This document shows, piece by piece, positions 10,734 through 21,861 of a stretch of 64,000 nucleotides of DNA. Positions within the stretch are counted from its first letter, which is position 1. Every line of letters starts with the position of its first letter. Made by a program: the position numbers and the translations under genes. The stretch is from Anaerolineae bacterium (lineage in GTDB: Bacteria > Chloroflexota > Anaerolineae > S140-20): assembly GCA_027021705.1 (NCBI GenBank), contig JALUTT010000132.1:26727-90726 (forward strand), read 5' to 3'. The notes under the pieces were generated by a model. That model was given only the letters and a program-made list of their open reading frames with translations, did not search any database and was not told where the DNA came from.

Positions 10734-12299
10734 GTGAAACCATCGGAACAGCGCATCGCAGAAGGCATTCTCTTCACCGACCAGTACCAGCTCACGATGG
10801 CCCAGCTCTACTACCGCCTGGGCCTGCACGAGAAGCGCGTTCAGTTCGACCACTTCTTCCGCCGCTATCCCGACTACGGGGCCCACCAGGCCGGCTACTG
10901 CATCAACGCCGGCCTGGCCTGGCTGTTGGACTGGATGCGGACGGCCCGCTTCGGCGACGAGGAGATCGCCTACCTGCGCAGCCAGACGGGCCGCGCCGGC
11001 ACCCCCCTCTTCGACGACGACTTCCTGGCCTGGCTGCGGAAGCACGGCTCCTTCGAGGCCATCACCCTGCACGCCATCCCCGAGGGGCGCGTCGTCCATC
11101 CCCACGTCCCCCTCACCGTCGTTCAGGGGCCGCTGGCGATGGCCCAGGTCCTGGAGACCCCGCTGCTCAACCACCTGAACTATCAGACCCTCATCGCCAC
11201 CAAAGCGGCCCGCATCCGGGAGAGCGGTCGGGGCCGGCTGCTGCTGGAGTTCGGCCTGCGCCGCGCCCACGACAAGGGGGCCAACGCCGGCGCTCGGGCC
11301 GCCCTCATCGGCGGGGCCGACTTTACCTCCAACGTCGGCATCTCCCACGTCCTGGGCTACCCTCCCAAGGGGACCCACGCCCACAGCATGGTCCAGCTCT
11401 TCATCGCCCTGGGGATGGGCGAACTGGAAGCCTTCCGCGCCTACGCCGACGTCTACCCCGACGACTGCTTGCTGCTGGTGGACACCATCAACACGCTGGA
11501 GAGCGGCCTGCCCAACGCCATCCGCGTCTTCCAGGAACTGCGGCGCAAGGGGCACGAGCCGGTGGGCATCCGGCTCGACTCCGGCGACCTGGCCTACCTC
11601 AGCATCCAAGCCGCCCGGATGCTGGACGAGGCCGGCTTCCCCAACACGGTCATCGTGCTCTCCAACGACCTGGACGAGCTGGTGATCTGGCAGATCGCCA
11701 CCCAGATTCGGGAGGAGGCGCCCCGCTACGGCGTGGACCCCGACCGCCTCCTGGGGCGGCTGGTCTACGGTGTGGGCACGCGGCTGATCACCTCCTGGGG
11801 GCAGCCGGCGTTGGGCGGCGTCTACAAGCTGGTCGCCGTCCAGGAGGGCGGCACGTGGAAGCCGGCCATCAAGGTCTCCGAGTCGGCGGAGAAGACGCCC
11901 AACCCGGCCCACAAGCGGGTCTGGCGGCTCTACGACCGGCGCGGCAAGGCGACCGCCGACCTCCTGAGCCTGGACGACGAGGACCCCCGCCGGATGGACC
12001 CCATCGTCCTGCGCCATCCCTCGGACCACACCAAGCACCGCACCCTCCGCCAAGAGGAGATCGCGGAGATCGAGCCGCTGCTGGTGCCGGTCCTGGAGGA
12101 AGGGCGGCTGGTCTACGAGCTCCCCTCCCTGGAAGCGATCCGCCGGCAGCGCCAGGCCGACGTGGAGCGGCTGGATCCGGGGGTGCGCCGGCTGGTGAAC
12201 CCCCACGTCTACCACGTCTCCCTCACCGAGCGCCTCTGGGCCCTCAAGCAGCAGCTGATCGCCTCGGCGGTAGGGAAGCCCGCTCCTCCAGGAAGGTGA
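10734..12299 (+). CDS. pncB: Nicotinate phosphoribosyltransferase
   Basis: [38 protein letters not shown]. Confidence 0.95.
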   Translation: MKPSEQRIAEGILFTDQYQLTMAQLYYRLGLHEKRVQFDHFFRRYPDYGAHQAGYCINAGLAWLLDWMRTARFGDEEIAYLRSQTGRAGTPLFDDDFLAWLRKHGSFEAITLHAIPEGRVVHPHVPLTVVQGPLAMAQVLETPLLNHLNYQTLIATKAARIRESGRGRLLLEFGLRRAHDKGANAGARAALIGGADFTSNVGISHVLGYPPKGTHAHSMVQLFIALGMGELEAFRAYADVYPDDCLLLVDTINTLESGLPNAIRVFQELRRKGHEPVGIRLDSGDLAYLSIQAARMLDEAGFPNTVIVLSNDLDELVIWQIATQIREEAPRYGVDPDRLLGRLVYGVGTRLITSWGQPALGGVYKLVAVQEGGTWKPAIKVSESAEKTPNPAHKRVWRLYDRRGKATADLLSLDDEDPRRMDPIVLRHPSDHTKHRTLRQEEIAEIEPLLVPVLEEGRLVYELPSLEAIRRQRQADVERLDPGVRRLVNPHVYHVSLTERLWALKQQLIASAVGKPAPPGR

Positions 12300-13386
12300 G
12301 CAGACGGCGGCGGAAGCGGGCCACGTCGAAGGTCTGGGCGTGGCGGCGGATGGCCTGGGGGTCGAAGTCGCCGGGGGTGAAGCGGCGGAGGGTGGCGACC
12401 AGGGCCTCGGGCGTCGGGTCGTCGAAGAAGAGGCCGCTGAGCCCCTCGACCACCGTGTCCAACGCTCCGCCGGCCCGGTAGGCGATGACGGGGCGTCCGG
12501 CGGCCATCGCCTGCACCGGGGCGATGCCGAAGTCCTCCGCGCCGGGCAGCACGTAGGCCCGGCAGCCGGCGAAGAGGCGGGGCAACGTCTCGTCGGGCAC
12601 CCGCCCCAAGAAGGTGACGTTGGGGCCGGCCATTGCCTCCAGCCGGGGGCGATCCCGCCCGTCGCCGGCGATGACTAGGGGCCAACCCAGCCGGCTGAAG
12701 GCCCGCACGGCCAGGTCAATCCGCCGGTAGGGGATGAGGCGGGAGACGATGAGGAAGTAGTCGCGCTCCCCGTCACCCCCCCGCTCCGCCTCGACCCCGG
12801 CCCGGGCGAAGCGCTCCGTCTCCACCGGCGGGTGGATGATCACCGACTCCCGGCGGTAGTAGCGCCGGATGCGGCGCTGCACCTCGCCGGAGATGGCGAT
12901 GAAGTGGTCCACGCCCTGGGCAGCCCGATAATCCCAGCGGCGCAGGAGGGCGATCAGGGGGCGCAGCAGGGCCTTGAGGGGGCGGGGCAGCGCCTCCCGC
13001 CGGGCGTAGTCGTCGTAGTTCCAGACGTAGCGGGTGGGGGTCAGGCAGTAGCAGACGTGGGTGGTCCGGGGGCCGGTGCGGACGCCGTGGCAGAAGCCGC
13101 TCTTGTTGCTCAGGACCAGGTCGTAGCCGCTCAGGTCGAGCCGGGCGAAGGCGAGGGGGTAGAGGGGCAGGTAGGGCTGGTGGTGGCGGTAGATGCCCGG
13201 CAGCCGGTCCATCCAGGTGGTGTGGATCCGCCAGCGGCGGTAGGCGGCCGGCATCCCCTCCCGCCAGTAGATGCTGGTGTAAAGGGGGGCGTCGGGGAAG
13301 AGGGCGATGAGGGTCTCCAGCACGTCTTCCGCGCCGCCCATCTGGTTCAGCCAATCGTGGACCAGGGCGAGGGCGAAGGGGCTCAT
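12244..13386 (-). CDS. Glycosyltransferase family 4
   Basis: [27 protein letters not shown]; convergent 56-bp overlap with pncB. Confidence 0.92.
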   Translation of the reverse strand: MSPFALALVHDWLNQMGGAEDVLETLIALFPDAPLYTSIYWREGMPAAYRRWRIHTTWMDRLPGIYRHHQPYLPLYPLAFARLDLSGYDLVLSNKSGFCHGVRTGPRTTHVCYCLTPTRYVWNYDDYARREALPRPLKALLRPLIALLRRWDYRAAQGVDHFIAISGEVQRRIRRYYRRESVIIHPPVETERFARAGVEAERGGDGERDYFLIVSRLIPYRRIDLAVRAFSRLGWPLVIAGDGRDRPRLEAMAGPNVTFLGRVPDETLPRLFAGCRAYVLPGAEDFGIAPVQAMAAGRPVIAYRAGGALDTVVEGLSGLFFDDPTPEALVATLRRFTPGDFDPQAIRRHAQTFDVARFRRRLLTFLEERASLPPRRSAAA

Positions 13387-14012
13387 AGGAACGCCTGGAG
13401 GAACGCCTGGACCGGCTTCCAGCGCCGGCGGTGGATGGGACTGACGCCCAGCCGGGCCAGGGCTTCCCGGTGCTGTCGGGTGCCGTACCCCTTGTGGCGG
13501 GCGAAGCCGTAGCCGGGGTAACGGGCGTCCAGCGCGACCATCCGGCGGTCACGGCTCACCTTGGCGACGATGCTGGCGGCGGCGACGGAGAGGGAGCAGG
13601 CGTCGGCCTTGGGCAGCGAACGCTGGGGCAGCGGGACCTCCGGCAGCGTGAGGTAGTCCAGCAGCAGCGCGTCGGGAGCCGGTCGGAGCCCCTCCAGGGC
13701 CCGGGCCATCGCCAGGCGGGTGGCGGCGACGATCCCCAGGGTGTCAATCTCCTCCGGCCCGGCCCAGCCGATGCCGACGGCCAGGGCGACCTGCCGGATG
13801 CGGGGGAGCAAGGCTTCCCGCGCCTCCGGCGTCAGGGCCTTGGAGTCGGTCACGCCGTCCAGCGCCTCCCCCAGGTCTGGGCGGTCCGGCGGCAGGATGA
13901 CGGCGGCAGCGTAGACGGGGCCGGCCCAAGCTCCCCGCCCCGCCTCGTCCAGGCCGGCGACGTAGCGGTAGCCGGCCTCCCAGAGTGTCCGTTCCTCCCG
14001 TAAGTCCGGCAT
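13383..14012 (-). CDS. rnhB: Ribonuclease HII
   Basis: GLDEAGRGAWAGPV, DSK, AAASIVAKVSRD, HKGYGT. Confidence 0.96.
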   Translation of the reverse strand: MPDLREERTLWEAGYRYVAGLDEAGRGAWAGPVYAAAVILPPDRPDLGEALDGVTDSKALTPEAREALLPRIRQVALAVGIGWAGPEEIDTLGIVAATRLAMARALEGLRPAPDALLLDYLTLPEVPLPQRSLPKADACSLSVAAASIVAKVSRDRRMVALDARYPGYGFARHKGYGTRQHREALARLGVSPIHRRRWKPVQAFLQAFL

Positions 14013-14039
14013 TGGGCTATCTCCGACGACCGCCGACCG

Positions 14040-14187
14040 AGCGGCTTAGCGGCTAGCGGCCTAGCGACCTGGCGGCGGACTGGAGGACCAAGGACTGAGG
14101 GGCAAGGGGCAGGGGGCAAGGGGCAAGGGACCACCCGACCACCTGACCACCTGACCAAGCGACCACCCGACCAAGCGACCACCCGAC
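14040..14187. repeat. Intergenic short tandem repeats (7-8 nt units)
   Basis: GCGGCT(T)A/GCGGCCTA, GGGGCAA/GGGGCAG and GACCACCC/GACCACCT/GACCAAGC arrays. Confidence 0.7.
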
Positions 14188-14921
14188 TAATCGTAGAGGC
14201 CGCGCTTACCGTTGCGCCGCACCTGGAGCACCTCCCGGAACATCCGCCAGGCGTCGCGCAGGGGGTTGACCCGGCTGTTCTCCCCGTAGTACCAGTTGAT
14301 GGGCACCTCGACGATGCGGTAGCCCCGCCGTCGGGCGACGTAGAGGATCTCCACGTCGAAGCCGAAACCGTCCAGCGTCTGGACGGCGAAGAGGTCGCGG
14401 GCCACCTCCCGGCGAAAGCACTTGAAGCCGCACTGGGTGTCCTGGATGCCGGGAACGGCCAGCAGGCGGACGATGAGGTTGAAGACCCGGCCCATCAGGT
14501 GGCGGTAGAAGGGCTCGTTGTAGCGCCGGGCCCCCGGTGCTTCCCGCGAGGCGATGGCCACGTCGAAATCGGTGAGGACAGGAGGGAGGAACTTGCGGAC
14601 CTCCTCGATGGGCATCGCCAGGTCGGCATCGCAGATGAAAAGGAACTCCCCACGGCCCGTCAGCATCCCCTTCTTGACCGCCGCCCCTTTTCCCCGCCGC
14701 TCCTCCCGCAGGAGCGAGATGAAGGGGTAACGGGCCGCAAACTCCCGGACGATCTCCGCCGTGCGGTCGGTGCTGGCGTTGTCCACCACCAGCACCTCGA
14801 CATCGTAGTCCTGGGCTTCGACGAAGGCCGCCACTTGGGGCAGCGTCGTCGGCAGCCGCCGCTCTTCGTTGTAAGCCGGAATGATGATGGAGAGAAAAGG
14901 TCGCTTGTCGCTGATGGTCAT
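14187..14921 (-). CDS. GT2 polyprenol-phosphate glycosyltransferase (dolichyl-P beta-glucosyltransferase-like)
   Basis: IIIPAYNE, DNASTD, GKGAAV, DADLA, DTQCGFK, FDVE. Confidence 0.92.
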   Translation of the reverse strand: MTISDKRPFLSIIIPAYNEERRLPTTLPQVAAFVEAQDYDVEVLVVDNASTDRTAEIVREFAARYPFISLLREERRGKGAAVKKGMLTGRGEFLFICDADLAMPIEEVRKFLPPVLTDFDVAIASREAPGARRYNEPFYRHLMGRVFNLIVRLLAVPGIQDTQCGFKCFRREVARDLFAVQTLDGFGFDVEILYVARRRGYRIVEVPINWYYGENSRVNPLRDAWRMFREVLQVRRNGKRGLYD

Positions 14922-15898
14922 CCCCTCCTGACGTGTGGTTCCTGGTAATCGCCCATAATGGATTCCAGGTAGGCGTCGTCCACCCGACGGGTGGCCTGGA
15001 CGCTCCGGCGTTTGTGGAGCATTCGGGGGAGCCCCAGGAGGCCAGCCACCTGCCCCCGCAGCCGCGCCCGGGCCTCCCGCCCCCGCCAGGCCCGCAGCGC
15101 CTCGCCGGCGATGCGCCCCTGGGCCCGCAGGATCGCCCGCCAGTGCCGACGCCAGAGGGAGCCGGGGTAGTCCTTGGCCAGCAGGTAGATGAAGTTGCGC
15201 CCATCATAGAAGCTGGCGGTCACCCCGCCCCCCGTCGCGCTCAGCTTGTGGTAGACGAGGGCCTGGGGCAGGTAGAGGACCCGCCAGCCGGCCAACTGGG
15301 CCCGCCAGGCCAGGTCCACGTCCTCGCAGGAGTAGAAGAAGGCTTCGTCCAGCAGCCCGATCTCCCGCAGCATCGTCCGCCGGTAGGCGGCGCTCCCCCC
15401 GCAGGCGCTGAAGACGTACCCTTCCTCGTCGTACTGCCCCTCATCCCGCTCCCAAACGCCCCGGTTGCCGGGGATGCCGTCGAGACGGTAGAAATCACCG
15501 GCGGTGTGCAGCACCTCCCGGCGGTCGAAGAGGCGCATCTTGCTGGCGATGATCCCCACCTCGGGATGACGGGCGAAGCCATCGGCGATGGCCGCCAGCC
15601 AACCGGGGTCCGCCTCGGTGTCGTTGTTCAGCAGGACGACGATCTCCCCCCGCGCGGCCCGCATCCCGGCGTTGCAGGCGCCGGCGAAGCCCCGGTTCTC
15701 CCCCAGCGCCAGCAGCCGCACCTCGGGGTAGCGCCGGGCGAGCAGGGCCTGGGAGCCGTCGGTGGAGCCGTTGTCGGCGACGATGACCTCGAAGCGGGGG
15801 TAGCGTTGTCGGCGCAGGCTCTCCAGGCAGTCGGGCAGGTGGTGGGCTCCGTTCCAGTTGGGGATCACCACCGAGATGAGGGGCGACGACGGGCTCAT
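14918..15898 (-). CDS. GT2 glycosyltransferase (WbbL/rhamnosyltransferase-like)
   Basis: VVIPNWNG, DNGSTDGS, NRGFAGACN, LLNND, EDVDL; start 15898 overlaps rmlD stop. Confidence 0.9.
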   Translation of the reverse strand: MSPSSPLISVVIPNWNGAHHLPDCLESLRRQRYPRFEVIVADNGSTDGSQALLARRYPEVRLLALGENRGFAGACNAGMRAARGEIVVLLNNDTEADPGWLAAIADGFARHPEVGIIASKMRLFDRREVLHTAGDFYRLDGIPGNRGVWERDEGQYDEEGYVFSACGGSAAYRRTMLREIGLLDEAFFYSCEDVDLAWRAQLAGWRVLYLPQALVYHKLSATGGGVTASFYDGRNFIYLLAKDYPGSLWRRHWRAILRAQGRIAGEALRAWRGREARARLRGQVAGLLGLPRMLHKRRSVQATRRVDDAYLESIMGDYQEPHVRRG

Positions 15899-16737
15899 CC
15901 GTACCCCGTGACCTCCAGGAAGTCGGCCACGGCCTCCTGCCAGGGGCGCAGCCGGATGCCCAAGGCGGCCGCAGCCGTGTTGCGCAGCGGGGTGTAGGGC
16001 GGCACGCGGGAGGCACGGGGGTAGTCGGCCAGGGTGATCGCCTCCACGGGGACCTGCTCCCGGCCCGTCAGGCGCAGGATCTCGCGGGCGAAGTCGTAGC
16101 GGGAGGTCACGCCCTCGTTGACCAGGTGGTAGACGCCGTAGGCCCCGGTGCCGATGAGGGCGACGATGGCCTCGGCCAGGTCGGCGGCGTAGGTGGGGGA
16201 GCCCACCTCGTCGGTCACGACCCGCAGAGCACCCCGCTCGTCGGCCAGTTGCACGATCCGGTGGGGAAAGTTGCGCCCGCCGGCGGCGTAGAGCCAGGCA
16301 GTGCGGACGATGTAGAAGCGGTCCAGGAGATTCTGGACGTACCACTCGCCGGCCCGCTTGGAGCGCCCGTAGGGGTTGATGGGGCGCGGGGTGTCCCATT
16401 CGTCGTAGGGCTCGCCCTTGCTCCCGTCGAAGACCTCGTTGGTGCTGACGTAAAGCAGGGCTGCGCCAACGGCCTGGCAGGCCAGGACGACGTTCTGGGT
16501 GCCCAACCCGTTGACCCGGTACGCTGCTTCAGGGTCCCGGGCACAGCCCTCCACGTCGGTCATCGCCGCACAGTGGATGACCAGGTGGGGGGCGAAGTCG
16601 GCGATCGCCTGGGTGATCGCTTGGCGGTTGGTGATGTCGTGGTCGGGCCGGCCCACGCCCATCACCTCCTCGTCCTTCAGGAGGGCCATCAGGGCCCGGC
16701 CCAACTGCCCCCGGTGTCCGGTGATCAGAATGCGCAT
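15895..16737 (-). CDS. rmlD: dTDP-4-dehydrorhamnose reductase
   Basis: [30 protein letters not shown]. Confidence 0.93.
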   Translation of the reverse strand: MRILITGHRGQLGRALMALLKDEEVMGVGRPDHDITNRQAITQAIADFAPHLVIHCAAMTDVEGCARDPEAAYRVNGLGTQNVVLACQAVGAALLYVSTNEVFDGSKGEPYDEWDTPRPINPYGRSKRAGEWYVQNLLDRFYIVRTAWLYAAGGRNFPHRIVQLADERGALRVVTDEVGSPTYAADLAEAIVALIGTGAYGVYHLVNEGVTSRYDFAREILRLTGREQVPVEAITLADYPRASRVPPYTPLRNTAAAALGIRLRPWQEAVADFLEVTGYG

Positions 16738-16848
16738 CGTTCGCTCTCGTGAGGGTGCTTGCTCGTCGCTCTTTCCGGCGGTTCCACCCCTGGCTCCCAC
16801 GCTCTGCGTGGAATGGTCCAACCTCGGGGCGGTCCGTTGACCGGGGGG

Positions 16849-16909
16849 ATTATAACACAGGGGCCGGAGAAGGAAAAGCGTTGTCGGGCAGGGGGGAGTG
16901 TGTTAGAAT
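16849..16909. promoter_or_regulatory. Divergent sigma70-type promoters for the rmlD operon (-) and trmD (+)
   Basis: + strand TTGTCG(16881)-17 nt-TAGAAT(16904) with TG extension; - strand TG-T-TATAAT at 16849-16857. Confidence 0.55.
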
Positions 16910-16928
16910 TCCGGCAGGAGGTGACCGG

Positions 16929-17696
16929 ATGCGCTTCGACGTCTTCACCCTCTTCCCGGAGATCTTCGAGAGCCCCCTGCAGGTGAGCATCCTCAAGCGG
17001 GCCCAGGAGATGGGGCGGCTGGAGGTGGTGCTCCACAACATCCGCGACTACGCGACGGACAAGCACCACGTCACCGACGACACACCCTACGGAGGCGGCG
17101 GAGGGATGGTGATGAAGCCGGAGCCCATCTTCGCCGCCGTGGAGAGCGTGCTGGGAGAGGCGCTGGGGGAGGTGCCGGTGATCCTGCTCACGCCCCAGGG
17201 CCGGCTCTTTACCCAGGACGTGGCCCGGGAGCTGGCCCGCCACGAGCGCATCGCCCTCATCTGCGGGCGCTACGAGGGGGTGGACGAGCGGGTGCGTCAG
17301 CACCTGGCTACCGATGAGATCTCCATCGGGGACTACGTGCTCACGGGGGGGGAGCTGCCGGCCCTGGTGATCATTGACGCCGTGACGCGGCTCCTCCCCG
17401 GGGTGCTGGGTGATCCGGGGGCGCTGATCGAGGACTCCCACACCTGGGGGCTGCTGGAGTATCCCCACTACACCCGGCCGGCCGTCTTCCGAGGGTGGGC
17501 GGTGCCGGAGGTGTTGCGCTCCGGCCACCACGCCGAGATCGCCCGCTGGCGGCGGCAGCAGGCCCTGCGCCGGACCTGGGAGCGCCGGCCCGACCTGCTG
17601 GCGAAAGCGGCCCTCAGCGAGGAAGATCGCGCCTTCCTGCAAACCTTGGGATGGAATGCGGGTGATGAGTTGGTCAACGAATGGGAGAACGAATAA
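16929..17696 (+). CDS. trmD: tRNA (guanine37-N1)-methyltransferase
   Basis: [46 protein letters not shown]. Confidence 0.97.
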   Translation: MRFDVFTLFPEIFESPLQVSILKRAQEMGRLEVVLHNIRDYATDKHHVTDDTPYGGGGGMVMKPEPIFAAVESVLGEALGEVPVILLTPQGRLFTQDVARELARHERIALICGRYEGVDERVRQHLATDEISIGDYVLTGGELPALVIIDAVTRLLPGVLGDPGALIEDSHTWGLLEYPHYTRPAVFRGWAVPEVLRSGHHAEIARWRRQQALRRTWERRPDLLAKAALSEEDRAFLQTLGWNAGDELVNEWENE

Positions 17697-17825
17697 ACGA
17701 ATGGCAGATGACTTGGTGGAATGGGAAGCTTATCACCAAGCCTATCAAGAGTGGTTAGAACGCTGGGCGGCGTGATCGCAACCGCCCGGAAAGCACGTGA
17801 TAGAATCATCACTGGGAGTTGAGAA

Positions 17826-18131
17826 ATGACAACGAAGATACGGCAGACACAAGCAGATTTGGTGAAAGCTATTACTGACATCGCCTCATCCATGCCGCTG
17901 GCGCGAACAGTGCAACTCTATCAGTTCGCGCTTTTCCTCAAGACACATCCACTGCCCACCGAAGAAACATTTGAAGAAATCGCGGCAGACGAGGCACTAT
18001 GGGATGCGCAATTTGCGGCGACTGACAATGACAAGTTGGCCGCGCTAGTGGCGGCAGTCGAAGCTGAAATCAACGAAGGGAAAACGTTGCCGATGTTCGA
18101 TGAACACGGCGAATTCATCGAACACCAATGA
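17826..18131 (+). CDS. Putative antitoxin
   Basis: Acidic 101-aa ORF coupled (ATGA) to downstream toxin; lower-GC segment. Confidence 0.65.
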   Translation: MTTKIRQTQADLVKAITDIASSMPLARTVQLYQFALFLKTHPLPTEETFEEIAADEALWDAQFAATDNDKLAALVAAVEAEINEGKTLPMFDEHGEFIEHQ

Positions 18132-18391
18132 AATCGCAAACGACCAAATCGTTCTGGAAACATTATTGGGCCTTGCCTCCAGAAATCCGCCAACGCGCGC
18201 GGAAAGCCTACAAGCTATGGAGAGATAATCCGGCGCATCCCAGCCTTTTCTTCAAGCGGGTGAAAAAAGGCCAACCGGTCTATTCGGTTCGCATTGGCTT
18301 GGGATATAGAGCGCTCGGATTGCTCAAGGCGGATACGATTACCTGGTTTTGGATTGGCACCCACGATGAGTATGACCGCCTTCTCAAGTGA
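18128..18391 (+). CDS. RelE/ParE/HigB-superfamily toxin
   Basis: NPAHPSLFFKRV, YSVRIGLGYRALG, WFWIGTHDEYD. Confidence 0.8.
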   Translation: MKSQTTKSFWKHYWALPPEIRQRARKAYKLWRDNPAHPSLFFKRVKKGQPVYSVRIGLGYRALGLLKADTITWFWIGTHDEYDRLLK

Positions 18392-18487
18392 GCGAAGCAA
18401 ATTCGTCGCCAAGTCGTCGCCCAACACGCGCTTGCACCTCTCGGAGGTGCTGAAAGAAATAGAGAGCGAGCTCAAGGAGGACGCTTG

Positions 18488-19747
18488 ATGAGCGGTATGA
18501 CGTTCGCGGAGAAGGTGCTGGTCCGCAAGGCCGGCCTAGAGCGAGTGGTCCCCGGCCAGATCGTCGAGATCACGCCGGATGTGGCCCTCAGCCACGACAA
18601 CACCGCCCCCATCGCCGAGATCTTCCGCTCGCTGGGGGTGGAGCGGGTTTTCAACCCGGAGATGCACGCCATCTTCCTGGACCACGCTTCCCCACCGCCG
18701 ACGACGAAGCACGCCCAGAACCACAAGGAGATACGGGAGTTCGTGCGCCGGCAGGGCATCCGTCACTTCTTCGAGGTGGGGCGGGGCATCTGCCACCAGG
18801 TGCTGGTAGAAGAGGGGCTGGCCCTGCCGGGAGAGGTGGTGCTGGGCTCCGACAGCCACACCCCCCACGCCGGCGTGATGGGGGCCTTCGGTGCAGGGAT
18901 CGGTCGCAGTGAGATGGCCGCCCTCTGGGCCACGGGACGCATCTGGCTGATGGTGCCGGCCAGCATCAAACTGGTCATCCACGGCCGGCTCCCTCCCGAC
19001 GTCACCAGCAAGGACCTGGCCCTGCGGGTGATCGGCGATCTGGGGGCCGATGGCGCCCTCTACAAGTCGGTGGAGTGGCACGGCGAGGCCATCGAGGCGA
19101 TGTCGCTGGAGAGCCGGGCCGTGCTGCCCAACATGATGGCCGAGATGGGGGCCAAGAACAGCTACATCCCGCCGGACCAGGTGGTCTTCGACTACCTGGA
19201 AGGGCGGGCCAAGCGGCCCTACACCCCCATCTACCCCGACCCCGACGCCACCTACGAGGCGGTCTACGAGTACGACGCGGCGACGCTGGAGCCGATGGTC
19301 GCCCGGCCCCACACGGTGGACAACGTCGTGCCCCTCTCCCAACTGGGGCGGGTGCGGGTGGATCAGGCCTTCATCGGCACCTGTACCAACGGGCGGCTGG
19401 AGGACCTGGCAGCAGCGGCGGCCGTCCTCAAGGGGCGGCGGGTGGCCCCCGGCACCCGGCTCATCGTCATCCCGGCCTCCTCCCAGGTCTACCTCCAGGC
19501 CCTGGAGGCGGGCTACATCCAGACCTTCATCGAGGCCGGCGCGGTGGTGGACAGCCCCGGCTGCGGCCCCTGTATGGGCAACCACCTGGGCATCCCTGCG
19601 CCGGGTGAGGTCACCATCAGCACGGCCAACCGGAACTTCCGGGGGCGGATGGGAACCAAGGAGAGCGAGATCTACCTGGCCAGCCCCGCCGTCGTCGCCG
19701 CCAGCGCCGTCGCCGGCTACATCACCCGCCCTGAGGCGCTGGACTAG
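18488..19747 (+). CDS. 3-isopropylmalate dehydratase/homoaconitase large subunit (LeuC/HacA family)
   Basis: [38 protein letters not shown]. Confidence 0.92.
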   Translation: MSGMTFAEKVLVRKAGLERVVPGQIVEITPDVALSHDNTAPIAEIFRSLGVERVFNPEMHAIFLDHASPPPTTKHAQNHKEIREFVRRQGIRHFFEVGRGICHQVLVEEGLALPGEVVLGSDSHTPHAGVMGAFGAGIGRSEMAALWATGRIWLMVPASIKLVIHGRLPPDVTSKDLALRVIGDLGADGALYKSVEWHGEAIEAMSLESRAVLPNMMAEMGAKNSYIPPDQVVFDYLEGRAKRPYTPIYPDPDATYEAVYEYDAATLEPMVARPHTVDNVVPLSQLGRVRVDQAFIGTCTNGRLEDLAAAAAVLKGRRVAPGTRLIVIPASSQVYLQALEAGYIQTFIEAGAVVDSPGCGPCMGNHLGIPAPGEVTISTANRNFRGRMGTKESEIYLASPAVVAASAVAGYITRPEALD

Positions 19748-19768
19748 CCGACTGCGGAGGCCCGGCCC

Positions 19769-20590
19769 GTGCTCGAGCGGTTCACGGTGGTCATCAAGGG
19801 AGGGGGAGACCTAGGCACCGGGGTGGCCTGGCGGCTGTGCCGGGTGGGAATGCGGGTGCTGGTCACCGAGTTGCCCCACCCCTTGGTCATCCGCCGGGCG
19901 GTCGCCTTCGCCTCGGCCGTCTACGAAGGGGCGATCACGGTGGAGGGGATCACCGCCCGTCTGGTCCAGGACGATGCCGCCGTCGAGGCTGCCTGGGCCA
20001 GAGGCGAGGTGCCGGTCCTGGTGGACCCCGAGGGCGCGGTCATCGGCCGGCTGCGCCCTCTCGTCGTCGTGGACGCGATTATGGCCAAGCGGAACACGGG
20101 AACCCACCGGGGCGACGCGCCCATCGTCATCGGGCTGGGGCCGGGGTTCATGGCCGGCCGGGATGTGGACGCGGTGATCGAGACCAAGCGGGGCCACTTC
20201 CTGGGCCGAGCCATCTACGAAGGCCCAGCCCAGCCCAACACCGGGGTGCCGGGGGACGTGCGGGGGGAGACGGCCCGGCGGGTGGTGCGGGCCCCGGCTG
20301 CCGGACGCTTCCACGCCCACCGACGGATCGGCGACCGGGTGCGGGCCGGCGACCTGCTGGCCGAGGTGGACGGCGTCCCCGTCCGCTCCCCCCTCGACGG
20401 CGTCCTGCGGGGCCTCCTGGCCGACGGGCTGGAGGTCACGTCGGGGATGAAGGTAGGCGACGTGGACCCCCGAGGCGTCGTCGAGCACTGCTTCACCATC
20501 TCCGACAAGGCCCTGGCCGTCGGCGGGGGCGTCCTGGAGGCGATCCTCGTCCTGGCCCGCCGGAAAGGGGTGGGGGCACCCGATGGGTGA
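19769..20590 (+). CDS. yqeB: Selenium-dependent molybdenum hydroxylase system protein (YqeB/EF2563 family)
   Basis: IKGGGDLGTGVA, IRRAVAF, AKRNTGT, IETKRGHFLGR, ISDKALAVGGGVLEA. Confidence 0.88.
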   Translation: MLERFTVVIKGGGDLGTGVAWRLCRVGMRVLVTELPHPLVIRRAVAFASAVYEGAITVEGITARLVQDDAAVEAAWARGEVPVLVDPEGAVIGRLRPLVVVDAIMAKRNTGTHRGDAPIVIGLGPGFMAGRDVDAVIETKRGHFLGRAIYEGPAQPNTGVPGDVRGETARRVVRAPAAGRFHAHRRIGDRVRAGDLLAEVDGVPVRSPLDGVLRGLLADGLEVTSGMKVGDVDPRGVVEHCFTISDKALAVGGGVLEAILVLARRKGVGAPDG

Positions 20591-21800
20591 GCGGCAGCCC
20601 CTGGCCCTCTACGTGCACATCCCCTTCTGCAAATCCCGCTGTGCCTATTGCGACTTCAACACCTACGCCGGCCTGAGCGCCCTCCTCGCCCCTTACGTCC
20701 GGGCCCTCGTGCGGGAGATTCGGATGTGGGGGGAGCGGCTGGCCGACGGTGGCCCCCCCATCCCCATCCGCACCCTCTACATCGGCGGGGGCACGCCTTC
20801 CCTCCTGCCCCCTTCCCTCCTCGCCCAGGTCCTGGAGGCCTGCCGAGAAGCCTTCCACCTGCTCCCCGACGCCGAGGTCTCGCTGGAGGCCAACCCGGAG
20901 ACGGTGGATCAGGAGAGCCTGACCGCCCTGCGGACCCTGGGGGTCAACCGGCTCAGCCTGGGCCTCCAGAGCACCCACGCCGACGAACTTCGCCTCCTGG
21001 GCCGTCGGCACACCTTTGAGGACGCGGTCCGGGCCGTCCAGGCGGCGCGACAGGCCGGCTTCGACAACCTCAACCTGGACCTCATCTACGGGCTGCCGGG
21101 CCAGAGGGTGAACCGCTGGCGGCGCTCCCTGGAGCGGGTGCTGGCCCTGGAGCCGGAACACCTCTCCGCCTACAGCCTGACGGTCGAGGAAGGAACGCCC
21201 CTCTACGACCGGGTGGCGGCCGGTCGTCTCCCCCCGCCCGACCCGGACCGGGCGGCGGAGATGTACGAGCTGGCCGAGGGAATGCTGGCGGGGGCCGGCT
21301 ACGTCCACTACGAGATCTCCAACTGGGCCCGTCTTTCCCAACCCTCCTCGGGGGGTCCGGCCCCTCCCTCGGTGCGCGAGCCCTCCCCCTTCGTCTGCCG
21401 TCACAACCTGGTCTACTGGCGGAACGAGCCCTACCTGGGGGTGGGGGCCGGGGCCCACAGCTTCCTCGAGGGCCGGCGCTGGCACAACGTCCTGGCCCCG
21501 GCCCACTACATCGCCCGACTGGAGGGGGGAGCGCTCCCCATCGCCCAGGTCGAGGAACTCTCGCCGGAGATGGCGATGGCCGAGACGATGATCCTGGGGC
21601 TGCGCCTGCTGGTGGAGGGCGTCTCCTGCGAGGGATTTCGGCGCTGCTTCGGTCGGCACCCCCTGGAGCAGTACGGAGAGGCCATCGAGGAGATGGTCGG
21701 GGTGGGCCTGCTGACCGTGGACGGGGACCGGATTCGCCTGACGGACCGGGGACGGCTGCTGGGCAACGAGGTCTTCGTCCGTTTCCTGCCGGAGGGGTGA
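20583..21800 (+). CDS. hemW: Radical SAM heme chaperone
   Basis: YVHIPFCKSRCAYCDF, GGGTPS, HYEISNWA, HNLVYW. Confidence 0.92.
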   Translation: MGERQPLALYVHIPFCKSRCAYCDFNTYAGLSALLAPYVRALVREIRMWGERLADGGPPIPIRTLYIGGGTPSLLPPSLLAQVLEACREAFHLLPDAEVSLEANPETVDQESLTALRTLGVNRLSLGLQSTHADELRLLGRRHTFEDAVRAVQAARQAGFDNLNLDLIYGLPGQRVNRWRRSLERVLALEPEHLSAYSLTVEEGTPLYDRVAAGRLPPPDPDRAAEMYELAEGMLAGAGYVHYEISNWARLSQPSSGGPAPPSVREPSPFVCRHNLVYWRNEPYLGVGAGAHSFLEGRRWHNVLAPAHYIARLEGGALPIAQVEELSPEMAMAETMILGLRLLVEGVSCEGFRRCFGRHPLEQYGEAIEEMVGVGLLTVDGDRIRLTDRGRLLGNEVFVRFLPEG

Positions 21801-21861
21801 GGGGGAGGCGAGGCAATGAGGGATAGGGCGACGAGGAGATGAGGGGATAGGGAGGGGAAGG

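Noticed and set aside
12244..12299. Convergent overlap of pncB and GT4 as a regulatory feature
   Set aside because: Short overlap of non-conserved tails, common in high-GC genomes
19769..21800. Selenoprotein or UGA read-through near yqeB
   Set aside because: Neighbouring genes look full-length; no in-frame TGA splitting a recognisable domain
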